From Eledone cirrhosa (taxonomy: Eukaryota), in NCBI GenBank assembly GCA_964016885.1, contig OZ024743.1, positions 135,656,001-135,720,000 of the forward strand: 64,000 nt of DNA. Direction: 5' to 3'. The position numbers and the translations under genes are program-made. The notes below the pieces were generated by a model, which was not told the DNA's origin, ran no database searches, and saw nothing but the letters and a program-made list of their open reading frames with translations. Each line of letters opens with the position of its first letter. Within the stretch, counting starts at the first letter, position 1. Shown here piece after piece: positions 24,501 through 36,100 of this stretch.

Positions 24501-27100
24501 GTGTTTGGTGCTTCATGCTTGGTGCTTGGTGTTTGGTGCTTGGTGCTTGGTGTTTGGTGCTTGGTGCCTGGTGCATGGTGTTTGGTGCTTGATGCTTGGT
24601 GCTTGGTGTTTGGTGCTTGGTGCCTGGTGCTTGTTGTTTGGTGATTGGTGTTTGGTGTTTGCTGTTTGGTGCTGCGTGCTTGGTGCTTGGTGCTTGGTGC
24701 TTGGTGCTTGGTGTTTTGTGTTTGGTGTTTGATGCTTGGTGTTTGGTGTTTGGTGCTTGGTGCTTGGTGTTTGGTGTTTGATGCTTGGTGCTTGATGCTT
24801 GGTGCTTGGTGCTTGGTGTTTGGTGCTTGGTGCTTGGTGTTTGTACTTGGTGTTTGGTGCTTGGTGTTTGGAGCTTGGTGCTTGGTGTTTAGTGCTTGGT
24901 GCTTGGTGTTTGGTGTTTGGTGCTTGGTGTTTGGTGCTTGGTGCTTGGTGCTTGGTGTTAGGTGTTTGGTGCTTCATGCCTGGTGCTTGGTGTTTGGTGC
25001 TTGGTGCATGGTGTTTGGTGCTTGGTGCCTGGTGCATGGTGTTTGTTGCTTGGTGCTTGGTGTTTGGTGTTTGGTGCTTGGTGTTTGGTGCTTGGTGCTT
25101 GGTGTTAGGTGTTAGGTGTTTGGTGCTTGGTGCTTGGTGCTTGGTGTTTGGTGTTTGGTGTTTGGCGCTTGCTGCTTGCTGCTTGGTGTTTGGTGCTTGG
25201 TGATTGGTGCTTGGTGTTTGGTGCTTGGTGCTTGGTGTTTGGTGCTAGGTGCTTGGTGCTTGGTGCTTGGTGTTTGGTGTTTGGTGCTTGGTACTTGGGG
25301 CTTGGTGTTTGGTGCTTGGTGCTTCGTGTTTGGTGTTTGGTGCTTGGTGCTTGGTGTTTGGTGTTTGGTGCTTGGTGTTTGGTGCTTGGTGCTTGGTGCT
25401 TGGTGCTTGGTGTTTGGTGCTTGGTGCTTGGTGCTTGGTGTTTGGTGATTGGTGTTTGGTGTTTGGTGCTTGGTGCTTGGTGTTTGGTGCTTGGTGCTTG
25501 GTTATTAGTGTTTGGTGCTTGGTGCTTGGGGTTTGGTGTTTGGTGCTTGGTGCTTGGTGCTTGGTGCTTGGTTCTTGGTGTTTGGTGCTTGGTGCTTGGT
25601 GCTTGGTGTTTGGTGCTTGGTGCTTGGTGTTTGGTGCTTGGTGTTTGGTGCTTGGTGTTTGGTGCTTGGTGCTTGGTGCTTGGTGCATGGTGCTTGGTGT
25701 TTGGTGCTTGGTGTTTGGTGCTTGGTGTTAGGAGTTTGGTGCTTGGTGCTTGGTGTTTGGTGTTTGGTGCTTGGTATTTGGTGCTTGGTGCTTGGTGTTT
25801 GGTGTTTGGTGCTTGGTGTTTGGTGCTTGCTACGTGGTGCTTGGTGCTTGGTGTTAGGTGTTTGGTGCTTGGTGCGTGGTGTTTGGTTTTTCGGTGCTTG
25901 GTGCTTGGTGTTTGGTGTTTGGTGCTTGCTGCTGGCTGCTTGGTGTTTGGTGCTTGGTGATTGGTGCTTGGTGTTTGGTGCTTGGTGTTTGGTGTTTGGT
26001 GCTAGGTGCTTGGTGCTTGGTGTTTGGTGATGATTGGTGCTTGGTGCTTGGTCTTTGGTGCTTGGTGTTTGGTGTTTGGTGCTTGGTGCTTGGTGCTTGG
26101 TGTTTGGTGCTTGGTGCTTGGTGTTTGGTGCTTGGTGCTTAGTGTTTGGTGCTAGGTGCTTGGGGTTTGGTGTTTAGTGCTTGGTGCTTGGTGTTTGGTG
26201 CTTGGTGCTTGGTGCTTGGTCTTTGGTCTTTGGTGTTTAGTGCTTGGTGCTTGGTGCTTGGTGTTTGGTGCTTGGTGCTTGGTGCATTGTGATTAGTGTT
26301 TGGTGCTTGGTGCTTGGGGTTTGGTGTTTGGTGCTTGGTGCTTGGTGTTTGGTGATTGGTACTTGGTGTTTGGTGCTTGGTGTTTGCTGTTACATGTTTG
26401 GTGTTTGCTGTTTGGTGTTTGGTGTTTGCTGTTTGGTGTTTGGTCTTTGGTGCTTGGTCTTTGATGCTTGGTGTTTGGTGCTTGGTGCTTGGTGTTTGGT
26501 GTTTGGTGCGTGGTGACTGGTGCTTGTTGTTTGGTGATTGGTGCTTGGTGTTTGCTGTTTGGTGTTTGGTGTTTGGTGTTTGCTGTTTGGTGTTTGGTGC
26601 TTGGTGCTTGGTGCTTGGTGTTTGGTGCTTGGTGCTTGTTGTTTGGTGCTTGGTGCTTGGTGTTTGGTGCTTGGTGCCTGGTGCTTGTTGTTTGGTGATT
26701 GGTGCTTGGTGTTTGCTGTCTGGTGTTTGGTGTTTGGTGTTTGCTGTTTGGTGTTTGGTGCTGGGTGCTTGGTGTTTGTTGTTTGATGCTTGGTGTTTGA
26801 TGCTTGGTGCTTGGTGCTTGGTGTTTGGTGTTTGGTGTTTGCTGTTTGGTGTTTGGTGCTTGGTGCTTGGTGCTTGGTGTTTGGTGCTTGGTGCTTGGTG
26901 TTTGGTGCTTGGTGCTTGATGGTTGGTGTTTGTACTTGGTGCTTGGTGCTTGGTGTTTTGTGCTTGATTCTTGGTGTTTGGTGCTTGGTGTTTGCTGCTT
27001 AGTGCTTGGTGTTTGGTGTTTGGTGCTTGGTGTTTGGTGCTTGGTGCTTGGTGCTTGGTGTTAAGTGTTTGGTGCTTGGTGTTTGATGTTTGGTGCTTCA
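2195..27100 (+). repeat. Higher-order repeat domain A, variable period ~3.7-5.4 kb
   Basis: Marker GCTACGTGG occurs at 5132, 8787, 12593, 16285, 21703 and 25829. Each is preceded ~100 bp upstream by TTAGGAGTTT and followed ~450-560 bp later by GCATTGTGATTAG (5639, 9294, 13152, 16809, 22157, 26284). Confidence 0.88.
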
Positions 27101-27869
27101 TGCTTGGTGCTTGGTGTTTGGTGCTTGGTGCCTGGTGCATGGTGTTTGGTGCTTGATGCTTGGTGTTTGGTGTTTGGTGCTTGGTGTTTGGTGCTTGGTG
27201 CTTGGTGCTTGGTGTTAGGTGTTAGGTGTTTGATGCTTGGTGCTTGGTGTTTGGTCTTTGGTGCTTGGTCTTTGGTGCATGGTGTTTGGTGCTTGGTGCT
27301 TGGTGTTTGGTGCTTGGTGCCTGGTGCTTGTTGTTTGGTGATTGGTGCTTGGTGTTTCCTGTTTGGTGTTTGGTGTTTGGTGTTTGCTGTTTTGTGTTTG
27401 GTGCTTGGTGCTTGGTGCTTGGTGTTTGGTGCTTGGTGCTTGGTGTTTGGTGCTTGGTGCTTGATGCTTGCTGTTTGTACTTGGTGCTTGGTGCATGGTG
27501 TTTTGTGCTTGATTCTTGGTGTTTGGTGTTTGGTGCTTGGTGTTTGGTGCTTGGTGCTTGGTGCTTGGTGTTTGGTATTTGGTGCTTCATGCTTGGTGCT
27601 TGGTGTTTGGTGCTTGGTGCTTGGTGTTTGGTGCTTGGTGCCTGGTGCATGGTGTTTGGTGCTTGATGCTTGGTGTTTGGTGTTTGGTGCTTGGTTTTTG
27701 GTGCTTGGTGCTTGGTGCTTGGTGTTAGGTGTTAGGTGTTTGGTGATTGGTGCTTGGTGTTTGGTGCTTGGTGCTTGATGTTTGGTGCTTGGTGCTTGGT
27801 GTTTGGTGCTTGGTGTTTGGTGCTTGGTACTTGGGGCTTGGTGTTTGGTGCTTGGTGCTTGGTGCTTGG

Positions 27870-30800
27870 TGTTTGGTGCTTGGTGCTTGGTGTTTGGTGT
27901 TTGGTGCCTGGTGTTTGGTGCTTGGTGCTTGGTGCTGGGTGGTTGGTGTTTGGTGCTTGGTGCTTGGTGTTTGGTGCTTGGTGCTTGGTGCTTGGTGTTT
28001 GGTGCTTGGCGCTTGGTGCTTGGTCTTTGGTGCTTGGTGTTTGGTGTTTGGTGCTTGGTGCTTGGTGATTGGTGCTTGGTGATTAGTGTTTGGTGCTTGG
28101 TGCTTGGGGTTTGGTGTTTGGTGCTTGGTGCTTGGTGTTTGGTGCTTGGTGCTTGGTGTTTGGTGCTTGGTGTTTGGTTTTTGCTGTTTGGTGTTTGGTG
28201 TTTGCTGTTTGCTGTTTGGTGTCTGCTTTTTGGTGTTTGGTGTTTGCTGTATCGTGTTTGCTGTTTCGTGTTTATTGTTTGCTGTTTGGTGTTTGTTGTT
28301 TGGTGTTTGGTGTTTCCTGTTTGGTGTTTAGTCTTTGGTGTTTGGTGTTTGGTGCTTGGTGCTTGGTGTTTGGTGTTTGGTGCTTGGGGCTTGGTGTTTG
28401 GTGCTGCGTGCTTGGTGCTTGCTGCTTGGTGCTTGGTGCTTGGTGTTTGGTGTTTGATAATTGGTGTTTGGTGTTTGGTGTTTGGTGCTTGGTGCTTGGT
28501 GTTTGGTGTTTGATGCTTGCTGCTTGATGCTTGGTGCTTGGTGCTTGGTGTTTGGTGCTTGGTGCTTGGTGTTTGGTGCTTGGTACTTGGTGTTTGGTGC
28601 TTGGTGTTTGCTGTTTGCTGTTTGGTGTTTGGTGTTTGCTGTTTGCTGTTTGGTGTCTGCTTTTTGGTGTTTGTTGTTTGCTCTATGGTGTTTGCTGTTT
28701 CATGTTTGGTGTTTGCTGTTTGGTGTTTGGTGTTTGCTGTTTGGTGTTGGGTGCTTGGTGTTTGGTGCTTGGTGCTTGTTGTTTGGTGATTGGTGCTTGG
28801 TGCTTGGTGTTTGCTGTTTGGTGCTTGGGGCTTGGTGTTTGGTGCTGCGTGCTTGGTGCTTGGTGCTTGGTGCTTGGTGTTTGGTGTTTGATGATTGGCG
28901 TTTGGTGTTTGGTGTTTGGTGCTTGGTGCTTGGTGTTTGGTGTGTGATGCTTGCTGCTTGATGCTTGGTGCTTGGTGCTTGGTGTTTGGTGCTTGGTGCT
29001 TGGTGTTTGGTGCTTGGTACTTGGTGTTTGGTGCTTGGTGTTTGCTGTTTGCTGTTTGGTGTTTGGTGTTTGCTGTTTGCTGTTTGGTGTCTGCTTTTTG
29101 GTGTTTGTTGTTTGCTCTATGGTGTTTGCTGTTTCGTGTTTGGTGTTTGCTGTTTGGTGTTTGGTGTTTGCTGTTTGGTGTTTGGTGCTTGGTGTTTGGT
29201 GCTTGGTGCTTGGTGTTTGGTGCTAGGTGCTTGGTGTTTGGTGCTTGGTGTTTGGTGTTTGGTGCTTGGTACTTGGGGCTTGGTGTTTGGTGCTTGGTGC
29301 TTCGTGCTTGGTGTTTGGTGCTTGGTGCCTGGTGCTTGTTGTTTGGTGATTGGTGCTTGGTGTTTGCTGTTTGGTGCTGCGTGCTTGGTGCTTGGTGCTT
29401 GGTGCTTGGTGCTTGGTGTTTTGTGTTTGGTGTTTGATGCTTGGTGTTTGGTGTTTGGTGCTTGATGCTTGGTTTTTGGTGTTTGATGCTTGGTGCTTGA
29501 TGCTTGGTGCTTGGTGCTTGGTGTTTGCTGCTTGGTGCTTGGTGTTTGTACTTGGTGTTTGGTGCTTGGTGTTTGGTGCTTGGTGCTTGGTGTTTGGTGC
29601 TTGGTGCTTGGTGTTTGGTGTTTGGTGCTTGGTGTTTGGTGCTTGGTGCTTGGTGCTTGGTGTTAGGTGTTTGGTGCTTCATGCCTGGTGCTTGGTGTTT
29701 GGTGCTTGGTGCTTGGTGTTTGGTGTTTGGTGCTTCATGCTTGGTGCTTGGTGTTTGGTGCTTGGTGCTTGGTGTTTGGTGCTTGGTGCCTGGTGCATGG
29801 TGTTTGGTGCTTGATGCTTGGTGTTTGGTGTTTGGTGATTGGTGTTTGGTGCTTGGTGCTTGGTGCTTGGTGTTAGGTGTTAGGTGTTTGATGCTTGGAG
29901 TTTGCTGTTTGGTGTTTGGTGTTTGCTGTTTGGTGTTTGGTCTTTGGTGCTTGGTCTTTGGTGCTTGGTGTTTGGTGCTTGGTGCTTGGTGTTTGGTGCT
30001 TGGTGCCTGGTGCTTGTTGTTTGGTGATTGGTGCTTGGTGTTTCCTGTTTGGTGTTTGGTGTTTGGTGTTTGCTGTTTTGTGTTTGGTGCTTGGTGCTTG
30101 GTGCTTGGTGTTTGGTGCTTGGTGCTTGGTGTTTGGTGCATGGTGCTTGATGCTTGGTGTTTGTACTTGGTGCTTGGTGCATGGTGTTTTGTGCTTGATT
30201 CTTGGTGTTTGGTGCTTGGTGTTTGGTGCTTAGTGCTTGGTGTTTGGTGTTTGGTGCTTGGTGCTTGGTGTTTGGTGTTTGGTGCCTGGTGTTTGGTGCT
30301 TGGTGCTTGGTGCTGGGTGGTTGGTGTTTGGTGCTTGGTGCTTGGTGTTTGGTGCTTGGTGCTTGGTGCTTGGTGTTTGGTGCTTGGCGCTTGGTGCTTG
30401 GTCTTTGGTGCTTGGTGTTTGGTGTTTGGTGCTTGGTGCTTGGTGTTTGGTGCTTGGTGATTAGTGTTTGGTGCTTGGTGCTTGGGGTTTGGTGTTTGGT
30501 GCTTGGTGCTTGGTGTTTGGTGCTTGGTGCTTGGTCTTTGGTGCTTGGTGTTTGGTGTTTGGTGCTTGGTGCTTGGTGTTTGGTGCTTGGTGATTAGTGT
30601 TTGGTGCTTGGTGCTTGGGGTTTGGTGTTTGGTGCTTGGTGCTTGGAGTTTGGTTTTTGCTGTTTGGTGTTTGGTGTTTGCTGTTTGCTGTTTGGTGTCT
30701 GCTTTTTGGTGTTTGGTGTTTGCTGTATCGTGTTTGCTGTTTCGTGTTTATTGTTTGCTGTTTGGTGTTTGTTGTTTGGTGTTTGGTGTTTCCTGTTTGG

Positions 30801-32740
30801 TGTTTAGTCTTTGGTGTTTGGTGTTTGGTGCTTGGTGCTTGGTGTTTGGTGTTTGGTGCTTGGGGCTTGGTGTTTGGTGCTGCGTGCTTGGTGCTTGGTG
30901 CTTGGTGCTTGGTGCTTGGTGTTTGGTGTTTGATGATTGGTGTTTGGTGTTTGGTGTTTGGTGCTTGGTGCTTGGTGTTTGGTGTTTGATGCTTGCTGCT
31001 TGATGCTTGGTGCTTGGTGCTTGGTGTCTGGTGCTTGGTGCTTGGTGTTTGGTGCTTGGTACTTGGTGTTTGGTGCTTGGTGTTTGCTGTTTGCTGTTTG
31101 GTGTTTGGTGTTTGCTGTTTGCTGTTTGGTGTCTGCTTTTTGGTGTTTGTTGTTTGCTCTATGGTGTTTGCTGTTTCATGTTTGGTGTTTGCTGTTTGGT
31201 GTTTGGTGTTTGCTGTTTGGTGTTGGGTGCTTGGTGTTTGGTGCTTGGTGCTTGTTGTTTGGTGATTGGTGCTTGGTGCTTGGTGTTTGCTGTTTGGTGC
31301 TTGGGGCTTGGTGTTTAGTGCTGCGTGCTTGATGCTTGGTGCTTGGTGCTTGGTGTTTGGTGTTTGATGATTGGCGTTTGGTGTTTGGTGTTTGGTGCTT
31401 GGTGCTTGGTGTTTGGTGTGTGATGCTTGCTGCTTGATGCTTGGTGCTTGGTGCTTGGTGTTTGGTGCTTGGTGCTTGGTGTTTGGTGCTTGGTACTTGG
31501 TGTTTGGTGCTTGGTGTTTGCTGTTTGCTGTTTGGTGTTTGGTGTTTGCTGTTTGCTGTTTGGTGTCTGCTTTTTGGTGTTTGTTGTTTGCTCTATGGTG
31601 TTTGCTGTTTCGTGTTTGGTGTTTGCTGTTTGGTGTTTGGTGTTTGCTGTTTGGTGTTTGGTGCTTGGTGTTTGGTGCTTGGTGCTTGGTGTTTGGTGCT
31701 AGGTGCTTGGTGTTTGGTGCTTGGTGTTTGGTGTTTGGTGCTTGGTACTTGGGGCTTGGTGTTTGGTGCTTGGTGCTTCGTGCTTGGTGTTTGGTGCTTG
31801 GTGCCTGGTGCTTGTTGTTTGGTGATTGGTGCTTGGTGTTTGCTGTTTGGTGCTGCGTGCTTGGTGCTTGGTGCTTGGTGCTTGGTGCTTGGTGTTTTGT
31901 GTTTGGTGTTTGATGCTTGGTGTTTGGTGTTTGGTGCTTGATGCTTGGTTTTTGGTGTTTGATGCTTGGTGCTTGATGCTTGGTGCTTGGTGCTTGGTGT
32001 TTGCTGCTTGGTGCTTGGTGTTTGTACTTGGTGTTTGGTGCTTGGTGTTTGGTGCTTGGTGCTTGGTGTTTGGTGCTTGGTGCTTGGTGTTTGGTGTTTG
32101 GTGCTTGGTGTTTGGTGCTTGGTGCTTGGTGCTTGGTGTTAGGTGTTTGGTGCTTCATGCCTGGTGCTTGGTGTTTGGTGCTTGGTGCTTGGTGTTTGGT
32201 GTTTGGTGCTTCATGCTTGGTGCTTGGTGTTTGGTGCTTGGTGCTTGGTGTTTGGTGCTTGGTGCCTGGTGCATGGTGTTTGGTGCTTGATGCTTGGTGT
32301 TTGGTGTTTGGTGCTTGGTGTTTGGTGCTTGCTACTTGGTGCTTGGTGTTAGGTGTTAGGTGTTTGATGCTTGGAGTTTGCTGTTTGGTGTTTGGTGTTT
32401 GCTGTTTGGTGTTTGGTCTTTGGTGCTTGGTCTTTGGTGCTTGGTGTTTGGTGCTTGGTGCTTGGTGTTTGGTGCTTGGTGCCTGGTGCTTGTTGTTTGG
32501 TGATTGGTGCTTGGTGTTTCCTGTTTGGTGTTTGGTGTTTGGTGTTTGCTGTTTTGTGTTTGGTGCTTGGTGCTTGGTGCTTGGTGTTTGGTGCTTGGTG
32601 CTTGGTGTTTGGTGCATGGTGCTTGATGCTTGGTGTTTGTACTTGGTGCTTGGTGCATGGTGTTTTGTGCTTGATTCTTGGTGTTTGGTGCTTGGTGTTT
32701 GGTGCTTAGTGCTTGGTGTTTGGTGTTTGGTGCTTGGTGT
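27870..32740 (+). repeat. Tandem duplication, period 2476 bp
   Basis: ORF pairs 28461/30937, 28895/31371, 29504/31980 and 29895/32371 are all offset by 2476; marker TGTGTGATGC at 28941 and 31417. Confidence 0.88.
28170..29200 (+). repeat. Three consecutive copies of a 434-bp (62-monomer) intermediate repeat with a TTGCTGT-rich island
   Basis: GTCTGCTTT at 28221, 28655 and 29089 (434-bp spacing); ORFs 28461/28895 offset 434. The same spacing occurs at 382/816. Confidence 0.85.
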
Positions 32741-33129
32741 TTGGTGCTTGGTGCTTGGTGCTTGGTGTTTGGTGTTTGGTGCTTCATGCTTGGTGCTTGG
32801 TGTTTGGTGCTTGGTGCTTAGTGTTTGGTGCTTGGTGCCTGGTGCATGGTGTTTGGTGCTTGATGCTTGGTGTTTGGTGTTTGGTGCTTGGTGTTTGGTG
32901 CTTGGTGCTTGGTGCTTGGTGTTAGGTGTTAGGTGTTTGGTGATTGGTGCTTGGTGTTTGGTGCTTGGTGCTTGATGTTTGGTGCTTGGTGCTTGGTGTT
33001 TGGTGCTTGGTGTTTGGTGCTTGGTCCTTGGGGCTTGGTGTTTGGTGCTTGGTGCTTGGTGCTTGGTGTTTGGTGCTTGGTGCTTGGTGTTTGGTGTTTG
33101 GTGCTTGGTGCTTGGTGTTTGGTGCTTGG

Positions 33130-36100
33130 TGATTAGTGTTTGGTGCTTGGTGCTTGGGGTTTGGTGTTTGGTGCTTGGTGCTTGGTGTTTGGTGCTTGGT
33201 GTTTGGTTTTTACTGTTTGGTGTTTGGTGTTTGCTGTTTGCTGTTTGCTGTTTGGTGTCTGCTTTTTGGTGTTTGGTGTTTGCTGTATCGTGTTTGCTGT
33301 TTCGTGTTTATTGTTTGTTGTTTGGTGTTTGGTGTTTGGTGTTTGGTGTTTCCTGTTTGGTGTCTAGTCTTTGGTGATTGGTGCTTGGTGCTTGGTGTTT
33401 GGTGTTTGGTGCTTGGTGCTTGGTGTTTGGTGCTTGGTACTTGTTTTTGGTGATTGGTGCTTGGTGCTTGGTGTTTGCTGTTTGGTGCTTGGGGCTTGGT
33501 GTTTGGTGCTGCGTGCTTGGTGCTTGGTGCTTGGTGCTTGGTGCTTGGTGTTTGGTGTTTGATGATTGGTGTTTGGTGTTTGGTGTTTGGTGCTTGGTGC
33601 TTGGTGTTTGGTGTTTGATGCTTGCTGCTTGATGCTTGGTGCTTGGTGCTTGGTGTTTGGTGCTTGGTGCTTGGTGTTTGGTGCTTGGTACTTGGTGTTT
33701 GGTGCTTGGTGTTTGCTGTTTGCTGTTTGGTGTTTGGTGTTTGTTGTTTGCTGTTTGGTGTCTGCTTTTTGGTGTTTGTTGTTTGCTCTATGGTGTTTGC
33801 TGTTTCATGTTTGGTGTTTGCTGTTTGGTGTTTGGTGTTTGCTGTTTGGTGTTTGGTGCTTGGTGTTTGGTGCTTGGTGCTTGGTGTTTGGTGCTAGGTG
33901 CTTCATGCTTGGTGCTTGGTGTTTGATGTTTGGTGCTTGGTACTTGGGGCTTGGTGTTTGGTGCTTGGTGCTTCGTGCTTGGTGTTTGGTGCTTGGTGCT
34001 TGGTGTTTGGTGTTTGGTGCTTGGTGCCTGGTGCTTGTTGTTTGGTGATTGGTGCTTGGTGTTTGCTGTTTGGTGCTGCGTGCTTGGTGCTTGGTGCTTG
34101 GTGCTTGGTGCTTGGTGTTTTGTGTTTGGTGTTTGATGCTTGGTGTTTGGTGTTTGGTGCTTGGTTCTTGGTGTTTGGTGTTTGATGCTTGGTGCTTGAT
34201 GCTTGGTGCTTGGTGCTTGGTGTTTGGTGCTTGGTGCTTGGTGTTTGTACTTGGTGTTTGGTGCTTGGTGTTTGGTGCTTGGTGCTTGGTGTTTGGTGCT
34301 TGGTGCTTGGTGCTTGGTGTTTGGTGTTTGGTGCTTGGTGTTTGGTGCTTGGTGCTTGGTGCTTGGTGTTAGGTGTTTGGTGCTTCATGTCTGGTGCTTG
34401 GTGTTTGGTGCTTGGTGCTTGGTGTTTGGTGCTTGGTGCCTGGTGCATGGTGTTTGTTGCTTGGTGCTTGGTGTTTGGTGTTTGGTGCTTGGTGTTTGGT
34501 GCTTGGTGCTTGGTGTTTGGTGTTTGGTGTTTGGTGCTTGCTGCTTGCTGCTTGGTGTTTGGTGCTTGGTGATTGGTGCTTGGTGTTTGGTGCTTGGTGC
34601 TTGGTGTTTGGTGCTAGGTGCTTGGTGCTTGGTGCTTGGTGTTTGGTGTTTGGTGCTTGGTACTTGGGGCTTTGTATTTGGTGCTTCGTGCTTCGTGTTT
34701 GGTGTTTGGTGCTTGGTGCTTGGTGTTTGGTGCTTGGTGTTTGGTGCTTGGTGCTTGGTGCTGTATGGTTGGCGTTTGGTGCTTGGTGCTTGGTGTTTGG
34801 TGCTTGGTGCTTGGTGCTTGGTGTTTGGTGCTTGGTGTTTGGTGTTTGGTGCTTGGTGCTTGGTGTTTGGTGCTTGGTGCTTGGTGATTAGTGTTTGGTG
34901 CTTGGTGCTTGGGGTTTGGTGTTTGGTGCTTGGTGCTTGGTGTTTGGTGCTTGGTGCTTGGTGTTTGGTGCTTGGTGTTTGGTGTTTGCTGTTTGGTGTT
35001 TGGTGTTTGGTGTTTGTTGTTTGCTGTTTGGTGTCTGCTTTTTGGTGTTTGGTGTTTGCTGTATGGTGTTTGCTGTTTCGTGTTTATTGTTTGCTGTTTG
35101 GTGTTTGGTGTTTGGTGTTTGGTGTTTCCTGTTTGGTCTTTAGTCTTTGGTGCTTGGTGTTCGGTGCTTGGTGCTTGGTATTTGGTGTTTGGTGTTTGGT
35201 GCTTGGTGCTTGGTGTTTGGTGCTTGGTGCTTGGTGTTTGGTGTTTGGTGCTTGGTGCTTGGTGTTTGGTGTTTGCTGTTTGCTGTTTGGTGTTTGTTGT
35301 TTGGTGTTTGTTGTTTGGTGTTTTCTGTTTGGTGTTTGGTGTTTGCTGTTTCGTGTCTGCTTTTTGGTGTTTGGTGTTTGCTGTATGTTGTTTGCTGTTT
35401 CCTGTTTGGTGTTTGGTGTTTGGTGTTTGGTGCTTGCTGCTTGGTGTTTGGTGCTTGGTGCTTGGTGTTTGGTGCCTGGTGCTTGGTGCTTGGTGCTTGG
35501 TGTTTGGTGTTTGGTGCTTGGTGCTTGGTGCTTGGTGTTTTGTGTTTGGTGTTTGGTTTTTGGTGCTTGGTCCTTGGTGTTCGGTGCTGGGTGCTTTGTG
35601 TTTGGTGCTTGGTGCTTGGTGTTTGGTGTTTGCTGCTTGGTGTTTGATGCTTGGTGCTTGGTGCTTGGTGTTTTGTGTTTGGTGCTTGGTGCTTGGTGTT
35701 TGGTGCCTGGTGCTTGGTGCTTGGTGCTTGGTCCTTGGTGTTTGGTGCTGGGTGCTTGGTGTTTGATGCTTGGTGCTTGGTGTCTGGTGCTTGGTGCTTG
35801 GTGTTTGGTGCTTGGTGCTGGTTGGTTGGTGTTTGGTGCTTGGTGTTTGGTGCTGGGTGCTTGGTGTTTCGTGCTTGGTGCTTGGTCTTTGGTGCTTGGT
35901 GTTTGGTGTTTGGTGCTTGGTGCTTGGTGTTTGGTGCTTGGTGCTTGGTGTTTAGTGCTTGGTGCTTAGTGGTTGGTGTTTGCTGTTTGGTGTTTCGTGT
36001 TTGCTGTTTCGTGTCTGCTTTTTGGTGTTTGGTGTTTGCTGTATGTTGTTTGCTGTTTGGTGTTTGGTGTTTGGTGTTTGGTGCTTGGTGCTTGGTGTTT

